Assembly (NCBI GenBank): GCA_003599235.1
Contig: QZJE01000013.1
Coordinates: 540-64,539, forward strand
Reading direction: 5' to 3'
Source of the DNA: Actinomycetota bacterium
GTDB lineage: Bacteria; Actinomycetota; Aquicultoria; SURF-47
DNA: 64,000 bases
The notes beneath the pieces were generated by a model. The model was not told the origin of the DNA, did no database searches, and worked only from the letters and a program-made list of their open reading frames with translations. This document shows, in pieces, positions 27,024 through 38,205 of the stretch. Each line of letters begins with the position of its first letter. Position 1 is the first letter of the stretch. The position numbers and the translations under genes were made by a program.

Positions 27024-29516
27024 TTACGACTTAGACTTACTTTTGGCTTTTTCTTTAGGGGCTTCAGTCTTTTTTTCGATAAAAACGATAGCCTTGTCTT
27101 TTACTTCACAGATTATCGTCTGGCCTGGCTTGTATTTGCCCTTTAAAAGCTCTTCAGATAAGGGATCTTCTACATAGCGCTGAATAGCCCGTCTCAATGG
27201 CCTAGCCCCGTAAGCTGGAGTATAGCCTTCTTTGGCTAAAAAGTTTTTAGCTTTAGGGCTTAACTCGACCTCAACTCCGCGCTCTTGTAATTGTCCCTGC
27301 ACCCTAGAAAACATCAATTCTACTATCCTTTTGATATTATCCTCGCTTAATTCTGAAAAGACGATAACGTCATCGATGCGGTTTAAAAACTCAGGGCGAA
27401 ATGTCTTCTTTAATTCTGCCGTAACTTTTTCCTTCATATCTTTATAAGAAACCGCCTTCGACTGTTTGCCAAAACCAAGTGATTGTCCTTTTTGAATATC
27501 CCTGGCCCCGACATTAGATGTCATGATGATGATGACATTTTTAAAATTAACCGTTCTACCCTGGGCATCTGTTAAGTGTCCATCTTCTAGAATCTGCAAA
27601 AGAATATTAAAAACATCCGGGTGGGCTTTTTCTATTTCATCGAATAAAATGACAGCGTATGGCCTTCTTCTAACTTGCTCGGTAAGCTGGCCGCCTTCTT
27701 CGTGGCCAACATAACCCGGAGGAGAGCCAATTAACCGGGAGACAGTATGCTTTTCCATATACTCACTCATATCAATTTGAATAAGCGAGCTTTCATCTCC
27801 AAACATATATTCTGCCAAGGCTTTGGCAAGCTCTGTTTTGCCAACCCCAGAGGGTCCTAAGAAAATAAAACTGCCAGATGGGCGCTTGGGATCATGCAAC
27901 CCTGCCCTTGATCGCCTAATGGCCCTAGAGACAGCAACAACAGCTTCATTCTGATCGATAATACGTTCATGTAAGCCGTCTTCCATTTTCAGCAACTTGC
28001 TAGTTTCTTCCTCAGTTAACTTAAACACCGGAATACCAGTCCAGGAGGAGACGATTTGAGCAATTTCTTCTTCAGTAACCTTGGTATCTTCTGCGTTTTT
28101 AGGAATCTTCCATTCTTTTTCCTTTTCCTTTTTATCTACCGTTAGTCTTTTTTCTTTATCCCTTAAAGCGGCTGCTTTTTCGAACTCTTGAGCCTCGATG
28201 GCTGCTTCTTTTTCGGTTCTTACATGTTTAATATTTTTTTCTAAAGCCTTAAAATCAGGTGGAGCCGTCATTAACTTAATACGCAACCTGGAAGCTGCTT
28301 CATCTACTAAATCAATGGCTTTATCAGGCAAAAAGCGGTCTGAGATATAGCGATCCGACATATTTGCCGCTGCAATTAAAGCCTCGTCAGTAATAGCTAT
28401 GCCGTGATGAGCCTCATAGCGATCACGCAAGCCCATTAATATATCTACCGTCTCAGCCACTGAAGGCTGGCCAACTTGAACCGGCTGAAAACGCCGCTCC
28501 AAAGCAGCATCTTTTTCGACATGTTTGCGGTATTCGTCTAAGGTAGTAGCCCCGATGGTTTGTAATTCTCCACGGGCTAAAGCCGGTTTTAGAATACTGG
28601 CGGCATCTATTGCTCCTTCAGCTGCTCCTGCCCCTACCAGATTATGCATCTCATCAATGAATAAGATGACATCCCCGCGGCTAGTTATCTCTTTGATAAC
28701 TTTTTTAAGCCGCTCCTCGAACTCCCCGCGGTATTTTGAGCCGGCAACTAAAGCTCCAAGGTCAAGAGTAAAAATACTTTTGTTTTTTAAGATTTCCGGC
28801 ACTTCGTTTCTGGCAATAGCTTGAGCTAGTCCTTCGACGATAGCGGTTTTTCCTACTCCTGGCTCACCGATTAATACCGGATTGTTCTTAGAGCGCCTGG
28901 ATAGTATCTGCATTACCCGCTCAATTTCTTTTTCCCTGCCGATTACAGGATCGAGCTTACTCTCGGTTGCCAGGCGGGTTAAGTTTCTTCCGTATTCATC
29001 AAGCATACCGCCTTTAGAAGCAAAAGTTTTTTTAGATGCCGGGCTGGTTGCAGAGCCACTTTCGGCAGCTGAGCCGGTATAGTATCCGCTTAACAGCTCG
29101 ATTACCTGGCTTCTTACTTTTTCTAAATCTGCTCCCAGATTAGTCAGCACCCGGGCAGCGATGCCTTCGCCTTCGCGAATAAGCCCTAATAAGATATGTT
29201 CGGTTCCAATATAGTTGTGCCCAAGCTGCAAAGATTCCCGTAATGACAGCTCGAGGACTTTTTTAGCTCTAGGAGTAAAAGGAATGTGGGCCGAAGGGGT
29301 AGAAGTACCTTTGCCGATGATATCTTCGACCTGGGTACGAACATCTTCTAAATTAATGCCTATATTTTTTATGGCCCGAGCGGCGATGCCTTCTTCTTCG
29401 CGAATAAGCCCCAGTAAAAGATGCTCGGTGCCGATATAGTTCTGGTTAAGCATCCTGGCTTCTTCTTGAGCATATACAACCACTCTTCTGGCTTTTTCGG
29501 TAAACCGCTCAAACAT
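27024..29516 (-). CDS. clpC: ATP-dependent Clp protease ATP-binding subunit ClpC
   Basis: 830 aa. Duplicated Clp_N repeats, two AAA+ modules ([16 protein letters not shown]), UVR-like linker. Confidence 0.9.
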   Translation of the reverse strand: MFERFTEKARRVVVYAQEEARMLNQNYIGTEHLLLGLIREEEGIAARAIKNIGINLEDVRTQVEDIIGKGTSTPSAHIPFTPRAKKVLELSLRESLQLGHNYIGTEHILLGLIREGEGIAARVLTNLGADLEKVRSQVIELLSGYYTGSAAESGSATSPASKKTFASKGGMLDEYGRNLTRLATESKLDPVIGREKEIERVMQILSRRSKNNPVLIGEPGVGKTAIVEGLAQAIARNEVPEILKNKSIFTLDLGALVAGSKYRGEFEERLKKVIKEITSRGDVILFIDEMHNLVGAGAAEGAIDAASILKPALARGELQTIGATTLDEYRKHVEKDAALERRFQPVQVGQPSVAETVDILMGLRDRYEAHHGIAITDEALIAAANMSDRYISDRFLPDKAIDLVDEAASRLRIKLMTAPPDFKALEKNIKHVRTEKEAAIEAQEFEKAAALRDKEKRLTVDKKEKEKEWKIPKNAEDTKVTEEEIAQIVSSWTGIPVFKLTEEETSKLLKMEDGLHERIIDQNEAVVAVSRAIRRSRAGLHDPKRPSGSFIFLGPSGVGKTELAKALAEYMFGDESSLIQIDMSEYMEKHTVSRLIGSPPGYVGHEEGGQLTEQVRRRPYAVILFDEIEKAHPDVFNILLQILEDGHLTDAQGRTVNFKNVIIIMTSNVGARDIQKGQSLGFGKQSKAVSYKDMKEKVTAELKKTFRPEFLNRIDDVIVFSELSEDNIKRIVELMFSRVQGQLQERGVEVELSPKAKNFLAKEGYTPAYGARPLRRAIQRYVEDPLSEELLKGKYKPGQTIICEVKDKAIVFIEKKTEAPKEKAKSKSKS

Positions 29517-29526
29517 TTAAACCCCC

Positions 29527-29556
29527 GTTGTTCGAACTTTGAACTTCGTTGTTCGT
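29527..29556. promoter_or_regulatory. Direct repeat CGTTGTTCG (n12) CGTTGTTCG with internal GTTCGAAC palindrome, 11-40 nt upstream of clpC
   Basis: Two identical 9-mers 21 bp apart in the 49-bp mcsB-clpC spacer. Confidence 0.35.
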
Positions 29557-29565
29557 TATCTAATT

Positions 29566-30555
29566 TTACAGCTTTAACTTCATCCTTACCAATTCTGCCC
29601 GGTTAACTTCTTCTTGACTTTCGTTTAAGGCTTTTCTGGCTCTTGTCTGCAAATGCCCAGACCTTATTGTTGTCGACAAATTATCGATTTTCTTTAAGGT
29701 TTTCCTTTGACCATACAATCCGAGATCTATTCCCATACGCAAGATAGATAGATAATCTATAGCCTCATCATATGAAAGTAGTTTGGCATAACGCAGCACA
29801 GCTATTGCCCGCTCTACCTTATCAGTAAGCCACAGTTTATCTTTTGATATCATCTTTTCCCGATTTTGTATCTCTTTAGCCTCCAGGTAATTTATCTCAT
29901 TTTTGATATTGTTAATTATCTGCTGCTCAGAAGAACCAGTGCTGACGTTAGTTTCGAAAAAGAAATAATGACCGCAAGCCAAGGTGCCAACGCCAAAAAC
30001 AGGGCGAGTAAATATTCTCTTTTCCACTAAAGCCCTAATTATCTCCGGCATTTGTTTAGACATAGTTAAAGCTGGTAGATGAAGCACTGAAGCTACTTTG
30101 AGTCCTGTTCCGGCTTTAGTGGGACAGGCTGTTAGAAAACCAATTTCTGTATCAAAAGCAAACTCTAACTTTTTACCAAGTTTGTCATCGAGTGTTGATG
30201 TCATTTTCCAAACACTGTCTAAATCCTTGCCTGGCCGGATAACCTGGATAACTAAATGGTCATCTTCATTGATTAAAAAAGATATGTCTTTTGTACAAGC
30301 CAGAGCGCTTCCCTCATAGTTGTTTGCATAAAAAGCCTCAGTGATAAGCCCCTTTTCTAAAAACACTCTTTTCTTAAGAGCTGTTAATTTATCCCACTTA
30401 AAAATCTTTAAATCCAACCCCAAATCATTTAAGGCATTATTAATATGTTTAAAGATAACCAGACTTTCCTTTTTATCTAACGAATTAGAAAAAGGATAAT
30501 TGGAAAGATTGCGATGCAGGCGGACACGGCTTTTTAAAACAATAGAAGGTTTCAA
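29566..30555 (-). CDS. mcsB: Protein arginine kinase McsB (ATP:guanido phosphotransferase family)
   Basis: 329 aa. Phosphagen-kinase-like CPTKAGTGLK motif. Positioned between mcsA and clpC. Confidence 0.75.
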   Translation of the reverse strand: MKPSIVLKSRVRLHRNLSNYPFSNSLDKKESLVIFKHINNALNDLGLDLKIFKWDKLTALKKRVFLEKGLITEAFYANNYEGSALACTKDISFLINEDDHLVIQVIRPGKDLDSVWKMTSTLDDKLGKKLEFAFDTEIGFLTACPTKAGTGLKVASVLHLPALTMSKQMPEIIRALVEKRIFTRPVFGVGTLACGHYFFFETNVSTGSSEQQIINNIKNEINYLEAKEIQNREKMISKDKLWLTDKVERAIAVLRYAKLLSYDEAIDYLSILRMGIDLGLYGQRKTLKKIDNLSTTIRSGHLQTRARKALNESQEEVNRAELVRMKLKL

Positions 30556-30563
30556 GGGTAATT

Positions 30564-31082
30564 TTAGGCTTTAGTTAGCTTTTCCTTTACAGTGTTAATT
30601 TTGTCTCTGATAAGAGCTGCTGCTTCGTAATTTTCTTGGGAAATAAGCGAGAAAAGCTCATTTTTAAGAGCTTTTAACTCAGTATTTAAGACATACGTTA
30701 CCGGCGCCCAGACAGGAATCTTGCCCTTATATTCCAGACTACCGTGCATTTCTTCCAGTAAAGGGCGAAGTTGCTGACCAAAAAACTGATAACAGTTTGG
30801 ACATCCCAGTAAGCCTGTTTGCATAAAATCAGCAAAAGAAAGCTGGCATTTAGGACACATTTTAAAATTGCTTAAGCGCTCGGGGTAGAACTCCTTATCG
30901 TTTAAGCAATTGAAATAGCTGTCTAAAGGCAGATTCTGGCTATTAATGGAGATTTTAAGGGAGAACGCTTTAAGACAATCTTCACACAAAGAGAACTTAG
31001 TTACCTCACTACCCTCGATTTTAGTAACCCAAGCGCTTGCTACCTTTTTATGACATTGCTCACACATTACCTGTTTATTCAT
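30564..31082 (-). CDS. mcsA: McsA-like protein (zinc-finger N-terminus plus UvrB/UvrC motif)
   Basis: 172 aa. Four CxxC pairs and C-terminal LKALKNELFSLISQENYEAAALIRDKI UVR motif. Confidence 0.7.
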   Translation of the reverse strand: MNKQVMCEQCHKKVASAWVTKIEGSEVTKFSLCEDCLKAFSLKISINSQNLPLDSYFNCLNDKEFYPERLSNFKMCPKCQLSFADFMQTGLLGCPNCYQFFGQQLRPLLEEMHGSLEYKGKIPVWAPVTYVLNTELKALKNELFSLISQENYEAAALIRDKINTVKEKLTKA

Positions 31083-31103
31083 TGCTACTATTATACTACA
31101 AAG

Positions 31104-32585
31104 TTATTTTTCGGGCCTAAGATGAGGAAATAAAATAACGTCCCTTATCGAATAAGAATCTGTTAGGAGCATTATCAGACGGTCGACGCCAATTCCTAAA
31201 CCACCGGCCGGTGGCATACCGTATTCTAGTGCCCGCAAAAAATCCTCGTCTAGCTGACGGTCGACTACTTCCTTGCTTTCTATCTTTAACTGCTGTTCAA
31301 AACGCTTTCTCTGCTCGATAGGATCAGTTAGCTCTGAGAAAGCATTAGCAATTTCCCTTTGAGCAATAATTAACTCAAAACGTTCTGTAACATTAGGATC
31401 ATTCCTATCTCTTCTGGCTAAAGGCGAGACTTCCACCGGAAACTCCGTTATAAAAGTAGGTTGGAATAAATGGTGTTCGACATTTTTTTCAAAAATAGCG
31501 TTGATTATCTTGCCTTTCCCCCACTCTTTATCTGCCGGGGCACCGGCTTGCTTAGCCGCTTTTCTTAAATCGTTAAGGCTATCTTCGTAAGTTAAGTCTA
31601 ACTTAGAGTATTTCTTGATAGCTTCAAGCATAGTTAAGCGCTCAAACTTCTTTCCAAAATCCAGCTCTTGCTCCTGATAAGTAACCTTAGTATCTCCGGT
31701 AGCTTCAAGAGCCATAGTTTTAATAAGTTCTTCTGTCAAAGCCATCATATCTTCGTAATCGCCGTAAGCCTGATAGGCTTCCAGCATAGTAAACTCCGGG
31801 TTATGGCGAACTGACAAACCTTCGTTACGAAAATTACGTCCTAACTCAAAAACCTTCTCATAGCCGCCTACCAATAAGCGCTTAAGATAAAGCTCAGGAG
31901 CGATGCGTAGATATAAATTAGTATCGAGTGCATTATGAAAAGTCTTAAAAGGCCTAGCAGTTGCCCCACCATATATTTGTTGCAAAACAGGGGTATCCAC
32001 TTCTATAAAATCCCGGTTAATAAAGAAATCACGCAATGACTTAATAGCTTTTTCGCGAATAGCAAAGACCTGTTTAACATCAGGATTCATAATGAGATCC
32101 GTGTAGCGTTGGCGATACCTTATCTCCACATCCTTTAAACCATGCCATTTCTCCGGCAGAGGACGCAAAGACTTGGTAAGTAAAGTAAAGCTTTTGGCTT
32201 TTATCGAAAGCTCACCGCGCCTAGTCTTAAAAACTTCTCCATTAACACCAACAATGTCGCCAATATCTAAGTGAGAAAAAAGGTTGTATTGTTCCTCCCC
32301 CAGCACATCTAGGGCAAGATACAGCTGGATAGAGATATTGTTTTCAGCTAAATCAGCAAAGGAAGCTTTGCCATGACGTCTTAAAGCCATTAGACGGCCG
32401 GCTACAGAAAAGTACTTGTTAGATGACTCTTCGGGTTCTAGTTTTTCGTATTGGTTAATTAAATCAGCAATTTGAGCAGTGCGCTTAAAATTGTAAGCAA
32501 AAACAGGTATCCCCTGATTGGTAAGGGTTTCAAGCTTTTTTCTGCGTTGCTGCATTAATTGATTTAGCGGTATATCAGCCATCAT
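31104..32585 (-). CDS. lysS: Lysyl-tRNA synthetase, class II
   Basis: 493 aa. Class II motifs ([15 protein letters not shown]). Confidence 0.9.
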   Translation of the reverse strand: MMADIPLNQLMQQRRKKLETLTNQGIPVFAYNFKRTAQIADLINQYEKLEPEESSNKYFSVAGRLMALRRHGKASFADLAENNISIQLYLALDVLGEEQYNLFSHLDIGDIVGVNGEVFKTRRGELSIKAKSFTLLTKSLRPLPEKWHGLKDVEIRYRQRYTDLIMNPDVKQVFAIREKAIKSLRDFFINRDFIEVDTPVLQQIYGGATARPFKTFHNALDTNLYLRIAPELYLKRLLVGGYEKVFELGRNFRNEGLSVRHNPEFTMLEAYQAYGDYEDMMALTEELIKTMALEATGDTKVTYQEQELDFGKKFERLTMLEAIKKYSKLDLTYEDSLNDLRKAAKQAGAPADKEWGKGKIINAIFEKNVEHHLFQPTFITEFPVEVSPLARRDRNDPNVTERFELIIAQREIANAFSELTDPIEQRKRFEQQLKIESKEVVDRQLDEDFLRALEYGMPPAGGLGIGVDRLIMLLTDSYSIRDVILFPHLRPEK

Positions 32586-32621
32586 TCTCCTAATAAATTA
32601 AGACAATGATAGCATAATATA

Positions 32622-35600
32622 CTATTTCACTATCAGCCAATTACTAGCCACTCTAGCCTGAGTATTACCAGCCCTGTCTGTAGCTAACACGTAATATCTG
32701 TACTTGCCTCTTTTAAGTCTTATCCTTATTCTCTTGACTTTCAGCTTATTGATTGCCGTTAAACCCAGTCTAATTGTTTTATAAGTTTTTAAGTAGACTC
32801 TCTTTTTGCCCCTTATTTTCTTAACTGCCTTTTTCTTTATTACTAAAGATACTTTAGCTTTACTCGATAGCGAGTCAGCTACTTTCCAATAGAGTTTAGC
32901 TATTTTTCCTCTTCTAACAACAGATTTTTTAGGAGCATAGGTCTTTGGTTTAGTGTTATCTACCGTAACCATCTGAGTTATTTGGTTTTCGTTTCCTAAG
33001 ATGTCTCTTACAACATATATTAGCTGATGAGGACCATCATTAATGCCTCTAGTGTCCCAGGTAACCGATTTTGCCCCGCTACCTACAGCTGAAGTTGCCG
33101 GATCATCAATGTAGACCGTAAAGGAGCCTATACCACTAGCATCAACAAATGACGGGGACAATACTACTTTGCCTTTTACTAACTGACCTTCTGATAAGGT
33201 ACTCATAGCTAGAGTTGGAGGAGTAGTATCATAGTTATAAACAAATGTTTGCCAAGGACTTACGTTTCCTACATTATCTGTCGCCCTTACTTTAAAGTAG
33301 AAAGTGCCGTCTGAAGGTACTGATACTTCAGGATAAGTGTTAGACTCTGCGCTATCGGTAGGAACATCTCCATTGATATTATTGCCGAAGTAAATATCAT
33401 AGCGGCTAAAACCGCTGCCTTTGTTGCCGTCTTTAGAAGCTTCCCAATAAAAGCTTGGAGCTTGATTATTTGTCCAGCTCCCACTAGCTATTCCGTGAGT
33501 CTCGATAATTGTGCCTGGAGTACTTGGAGCTGACGGATCACATTTATAGGTAAAAACCGTTTCAGCAGCAGTTTCATTGCCAGCCTTGTCTTTTACCTTA
33601 ACTCTTAGATAATATGTTCCCTCAGCTGTTATCTTGCCCGGCTCTAATAGATTAGAAGTTAAATAACCGGTGGTTGCTGTTTGAGTAGCTGAAGGTGTCC
33701 CATTTGGGTTAGTGCCGAAATAATAAGTATATCCTTCAATTCCGCTAGAGGTATCTTGCCAGTTCAGTTCAAACGAAGGGTTGCTTTCAGCAGTAAAAAC
33801 ATCACTTTCTACATTATTGTTTTCTATTACAGCAACATCTTGTTTTTCCGGTGCAGTTATGTCAGCACGATAGATAAATTCCCTCCAACCACTGGTCTTG
33901 CCAGCTAAGTCTTTAGATCTAACCTTTAAGTGATAGATGCCATCTTCGCTGATTGATGGAGGAGTAAAACTACGGTTGTTTATAGCCGTCGACTCAAAAG
34001 GAGGAGTGGGAATCTCATCGGTATCCCAAGATATTTCATACTCAGCTAAGCCGGATGTTCCACCAGCTGGCTCATCCCAGATAAAGCTGGGGTTGGTTCT
34101 CTTTGTCCAAGGATCATTGTTAGCTATTCCATGGATTTCAGTAATTGCTCCTGGCTCAGAAGGAAGAACTGAAGAAAACCTATAGATAAAAATCTCTGCC
34201 GGAGAGCTTACATTGCCGGCATTATCAATAGCTACTACTTTTAGAAAATAAGTGTTATCAGCCGTTATTATAGGCGGCTGAAAAGTGTTGCCGCTGATTG
34301 GAGTGCTTGGAACCTGAGAAGGATCTGTGCCCCAGTAAACTCTATAACCAGCAACAGAACTTGTTTCATCAATCCAGTTAAACCTAAAAGAAGGATTGAT
34401 AAGTGAGGTATAGCTGCCGCTTTCTGTGCCATGAGTTTCTTCAATAGCAGCCATCCCTTCCATAGGTTTAGGTGTTTCAACATCTGCATTATAACGATAT
34501 GTTTTTGGATCTGATATATTCCCGGCTGTATCTTTTACCCATACCTTAAGATAATATGAACCATCTTCATCTATGGTGGGGTTAAAAGTTTGCTCGATTT
34601 GATCAGGCTGATTAGGTATTAAAGCAGTTGGATTTGTTCCCCAATATATTCTATAAGTATCTAGTCCGCTAATATTGCAATCAGAGCTTAAGTAGAAATT
34701 AGGGCTTATGTTATTTGACCATGGACCATTATCGGGTACATCTGCCGTTATATTATTCATGATTGGCTTGGAGGCGTCATACTTAAAGACAAATACAGTT
34801 TCGGTAGCTGCTTGGTTACCGGCATTGTCTTTAGCTCTAACTCGCAGGTAGTAAGTACCTTCAGTTGTCAGGGCAGCCGGGTCAATGGTGGTTCCGGTTA
34901 CATAAGTTGCAGGAGTGCCAGATGAGCTAGGGCCGAAATAATAGGTGTAGCCGGCAAGGCCGCTCTCATCATCGTCACCGTTTAACTCAAAGCATGGATC
35001 AGCGTTGTTAGTCCACTCATTATCTACTACTGCGTGGGTCTCCATTGCAGTTCCGTTTGTTGGAGAGCTAACATCGGCTCTATATGTAAAAATATCTGAC
35101 CAAGCACTTACTCTTCCAACATTATCTATCGCCCTTATCCTTAAATAATAAACACCGCTTTCAGATAAGGTAGCCGGTGTAAACGTAGAGTTATTTACAT
35201 TATCATACGGAGGAGGACACAAAGAATCAGTTCCAAAATAAACGTCGTAGCTCTCGATTCCGCTACCACTATCAGTTGAGTTAGCCCATGAAAAACTAGG
35301 ATTGTTGATATTGGTTACAGGGTCATTGCTATTATAGCCATGAATCTCTGTAATAGAGATAGGCTTTGTGGGAGCATTTCCATCGTATTTATATATATAC
35401 TGTTCAACGGCACTTTCTTTGCCGGTATTATCTCTTGCTTTTACTTTTAAGTAATAAGTGCCCTCAGCTGTAAGCGGGCTAGGTGTAAAATTATTACTGG
35501 TTGTTTCAGCAGCTGGAGTCCCGGCACTGTCAGGACCAAAGTAATAGATATATTTCTGAATACCGCTTTCATTATCTTCCCAATTAAATCTAAAACTAGG

Positions 35601-36674
35601 ATTATTTTTACTTGTCCAGGTTTCGCTCTCAATACCGCTTGTCTCTTCAATGGCATCTTTTCCCGTTATGACATCAGGTGGCAGAGTATCTACAATATAG
35701 GTTCGATTAACTGTAGCCACATTATTAGCCCTGTCATAAGCAGTATATGTAACCGTATGAGCTCCGTTGCTGGCAGCATCAGTAGGCACAACCCAGGAAT
35801 GGTTAAAAGGATACCCTGTAATCTCGATATTATCATCATCAATAACAAAAGCAGTTCTATCATAATCCAAGCCTGAATCCTCTTCATGAGGCTGGATTGT
35901 AAAATTTACCGAGCCGCTAACCAAGCTGTTATCTGCGGGGCCGGTAAAGTCAACTGTGGGAGCAGTTGTATCGTTTGCAAAATTATCACTGCCTTTAAAA
36001 ATAGCATTGCCAAATGTGCTGGGACTATATAATGAAGAGCCACTTGGCCATACCCCAGCATAACTAGGAGTTTGTACAGTTTCACCTACAGACAAGCCAA
36101 ATGTTTTACTTGTAGTAGATGTAAGGCCTAATTTAGAAAAATATATCTTAAACTCGGCTTCCCAATAAGTTGAACCAACAATTCTCTTGGCGCTCCATTT
36201 GTTGGTTGTCTCACTCGAGTAAGTAACACTGGTATTGTAGCCATACCCATTTCCTTTAGCTTCAATATTTTCTCCATCAGATTTTCTGATAGTAAGCATG
36301 TAATCGCTACTGTCAGCTGAATTGCCATTATGGTTTAGATCTAAGCCAATCCTGGCAAAGTTGTTAGAAGAATTGCCGCCGTCAGGGATATAGAATCCAA
36401 CGTACAAATAACTTCCGTTTGTTTTAAAATAAGCACATCCCTGTTGGCCGGTAACAGTAGTAAAATATGCTCTTTTTTCCCCGCTAGCAGTATCTGTCCA
36501 TTCGTTTACACTAGGGTCTATATTTCCATCATAGGTAACAGTTGTTCCACTACTAATATTTGCTCTACTTAAAGCATCGTCGTGAGCAAAAGAAATTGAG
36601 GGAAACATGGCAGCGGGAATTAAATTTAAGACTAAAACCAAAGATATTAACGAAGCTATTGTCTTCCTTATCAT
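32622..36674 (-). CDS. Large secreted surface protein with about nine FN3/Ig-like repeats and a Lys/Arg-rich C-terminal module
   Basis: 1350 aa. Signal peptide. Repeated motif YYFG.....TP......T...P..L..EGTYYL.V.A.DNAGN. C-terminal ~110 aa alignable with the C-terminus of the 8719..11436 protein. Confidence 0.8.
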   Translation of the reverse strand: MIRKTIASLISLVLVLNLIPAAMFPSISFAHDDALSRANISSGTTVTYDGNIDPSVNEWTDTASGEKRAYFTTVTGQQGCAYFKTNGSYLYVGFYIPDGGNSSNNFARIGLDLNHNGNSADSSDYMLTIRKSDGENIEAKGNGYGYNTSVTYSSETTNKWSAKRIVGSTYWEAEFKIYFSKLGLTSTTSKTFGLSVGETVQTPSYAGVWPSGSSLYSPSTFGNAIFKGSDNFANDTTAPTVDFTGPADNSLVSGSVNFTIQPHEEDSGLDYDRTAFVIDDDNIEITGYPFNHSWVVPTDAASNGAHTVTYTAYDRANNVATVNRTYIVDTLPPDVITGKDAIEETSGIESETWTSKNNPSFRFNWEDNESGIQKYIYYFGPDSAGTPAAETTSNNFTPSPLTAEGTYYLKVKARDNTGKESAVEQYIYKYDGNAPTKPISITEIHGYNSNDPVTNINNPSFSWANSTDSGSGIESYDVYFGTDSLCPPPYDNVNNSTFTPATLSESGVYYLRIRAIDNVGRVSAWSDIFTYRADVSSPTNGTAMETHAVVDNEWTNNADPCFELNGDDDESGLAGYTYYFGPSSSGTPATYVTGTTIDPAALTTEGTYYLRVRAKDNAGNQAATETVFVFKYDASKPIMNNITADVPDNGPWSNNISPNFYLSSDCNISGLDTYRIYWGTNPTALIPNQPDQIEQTFNPTIDEDGSYYLKVWVKDTAGNISDPKTYRYNADVETPKPMEGMAAIEETHGTESGSYTSLINPSFRFNWIDETSSVAGYRVYWGTDPSQVPSTPISGNTFQPPIITADNTYFLKVVAIDNAGNVSSPAEIFIYRFSSVLPSEPGAITEIHGIANNDPWTKRTNPSFIWDEPAGGTSGLAEYEISWDTDEIPTPPFESTAINNRSFTPPSISEDGIYHLKVRSKDLAGKTSGWREFIYRADITAPEKQDVAVIENNNVESDVFTAESNPSFELNWQDTSSGIEGYTYYFGTNPNGTPSATQTATTGYLTSNLLEPGKITAEGTYYLRVKVKDKAGNETAAETVFTYKCDPSAPSTPGTIIETHGIASGSWTNNQAPSFYWEASKDGNKGSGFSRYDIYFGNNINGDVPTDSAESNTYPEVSVPSDGTFYFKVRATDNVGNVSPWQTFVYNYDTTPPTLAMSTLSEGQLVKGKVVLSPSFVDASGIGSFTVYIDDPATSAVGSGAKSVTWDTRGINDGPHQLIYVVRDILGNENQITQMVTVDNTKPKTYAPKKSVVRRGKIAKLYWKVADSLSSKAKVSLVIKKKAVKKIRGKKRVYLKTYKTIRLGLTAINKLKVKRIRIRLKRGKYRYYVLATDRAGNTQARVASNWLIVK

Positions 36675-36834
36675 ATATCCTCCGATAGATAATCTTGCCA
36701 GCTAATGGTAGTAGTGTAGAGTAGGGCTAAGAATAATAGTATTAGGTAATGATAACATCACTGTAAGTGGTTTGTCAATAGTTTAACAATCTTTTGAAAA
36801 GGGTTAAAAGGATAGAACGAATAGATACCGTAGA

Positions 36835-37323
36835 TTATTTTTTGTGGTTGCGGCTAATCTTTAAGATACGGTATTGCAGCTGGCCTTGGGGTGTTTCTAC
36901 GGTAACGGTTTCTCCGGCTTTTTTATCCATAATAGCTTGTCCAACTGGAGATTCATTCGATATCTTATGGTTTGTCGGGTCTGCTTCGGCAAAACCTACC
37001 ACTAAATAATCCATTTTTTCTTTAGTTTCTAAATCCTTTAATGTCACCAAAGAGCCTAAAGAAACTTTGCTGGTAGTAGCCCGGCGGTCATCAATAACTT
37101 TAACGTTAGATAGCATATCTCTTAGCTGAGAAATACGGCCTTCTACAAAAGCTTGCTCATTTTTGGCATCGTCGTATTCAGAGTTTTCGCTTAGGTCGCC
37201 AAACTCAATTGACTGCTTTATTCTATCAGCCACTTCTTTTCTCTTGGTAGTGGTTAGGTGATTAAGTTCTTCTTCTAGCTTTTTATACCCTTCCGGGGTT
37301 AACACTACTTCTTTTTGCGACAT
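36835..37323 (-). CDS. greA: Transcription elongation factor GreA
   Basis: 162 aa. Coiled-coil N-terminus, FKBP-like C-terminus. Confidence 0.9.
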   Translation of the reverse strand: MSQKEVVLTPEGYKKLEEELNHLTTTKRKEVADRIKQSIEFGDLSENSEYDDAKNEQAFVEGRISQLRDMLSNVKVIDDRRATTSKVSLGSLVTLKDLETKEKMDYLVVGFAEADPTNHKISNESPVGQAIMDKKAGETVTVETPQGQLQYRILKISRNHKK

Positions 37324-37538
37324 AAATTACCTTTCTGTACTGCACTCAAGCGTTCACTGTGCAATGCTAGCAATGAAGTAAACTCCTGTATTATAAGAAA
37401 ATTATTTACTCTTGTAAAGCAAAAAATACTCTATATTATGTAGTATTGATAGCACTATAAGTGATTGACTAATTAGCGATAATACGTTAGCATTTAAACT
37501 AACTGATTTCTATCATATTAGAAAGGAGGTGAACTGTA

Positions 37539-38120
37539 ATGAAAAAATTTATTACCCTTTTAGTTCTTTTTTGCTTAGCAGCTATGATGATAACCAATTT
37601 AGTTTATGCTGGCAGTCAATCACCTCAATGGGCTAAACCATGCCGTATACAAAAAAACACTTATTGGACAAAGCTTATTTTTTATACTGGTAAACTATCC
37701 ATGTGTTATATGCCGGTTCCAATGAGTAAAGCATTTAAAAATTCCTATTTTTTCTTAAGTGCTACTACTCATGCCACAACCGTAAAAAATGAAAACACCA
37801 GAGATTACACAAAACAGTACGACTGTTACTGGATTTATGCAAAAGCTACCGCCAGTATTAAAGGTTACTGGAAATACGGCAGTAGAGCTAAAAAGTATTT
37901 TAAGCACACTATGAAACCCAGAGCAGACAGTAACTACTCATCTAAAGTAAGCTACCGTAATTCGATAGCCCATTCTCTTGGTTACTGGCAAGCTCCAAAA
38001 GGCTATAAGTTCCAATCCTTTTATGCTTCTGCTAAAGGCTCGCATGCCTTAAAAATACGCAGAACTGGACTAAAGTACACAGTTTATACTAAGACTGCTA
38101 TGAGAAGATCCAGACCTTAG
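37539..38120 (+). CDS. Secreted Tyr/Lys-rich protein; possible lactococcin-972-like bacteriocin domain
   Basis: 193 aa. RBS AAAGGAGGTG. Signal peptide. Segment THATTVKNENT...YWIYAKATASIKG resembles, from memory, the Lcn972 core THSATVVNNNTG...VWAKATVG. Confidence 0.6.
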   Translation: MKKFITLLVLFCLAAMMITNLVYAGSQSPQWAKPCRIQKNTYWTKLIFYTGKLSMCYMPVPMSKAFKNSYFFLSATTHATTVKNENTRDYTKQYDCYWIYAKATASIKGYWKYGSRAKKYFKHTMKPRADSNYSSKVSYRNSIAHSLGYWQAPKGYKFQSFYASAKGSHALKIRRTGLKYTVYTKTAMRRSRP

Positions 38121-38128
38121 AGTATCAA

Positions 38129-38166
38129 AAACAGCTAGTCTTTAGATGTCTAGGGGCTAGCTGTTT
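38129..38166 (+). terminator. Stem-loop AAACAGCTAG ... CTAGCTGTTT followed by a T-rich tract
   Basis: 10-bp perfect inverted repeat 9 nt after the stop of the 37539..38120 gene. Loop is 18 nt, so the call is tentative. Confidence 0.35.
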
Positions 38167-38205
38167 GCTTATTATTAAGTGCCCGCTCTATGATAAGATA
38201 GCGTT

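Noticed and set aside
30556-32621. Searched for a CtsR operator (tandem GGTCAAA heptads separated by 3 nt) upstream of mcsA and clpC
   Set aside because: None found. The GGTCAA-containing arrays elsewhere have 7-nt rather than 10-nt spacing and are not at this operon.
8738-36328. Many short antisense or out-of-frame ORFs from the track nested within large minus-strand genes (for example 8738..9016 +, 12023..13018 +, 27232..29606 +, 33287..36328)
   Set aside because: Each is fully contained in a well-supported gene on the other strand or frame. No independent motif or RBS evidence.
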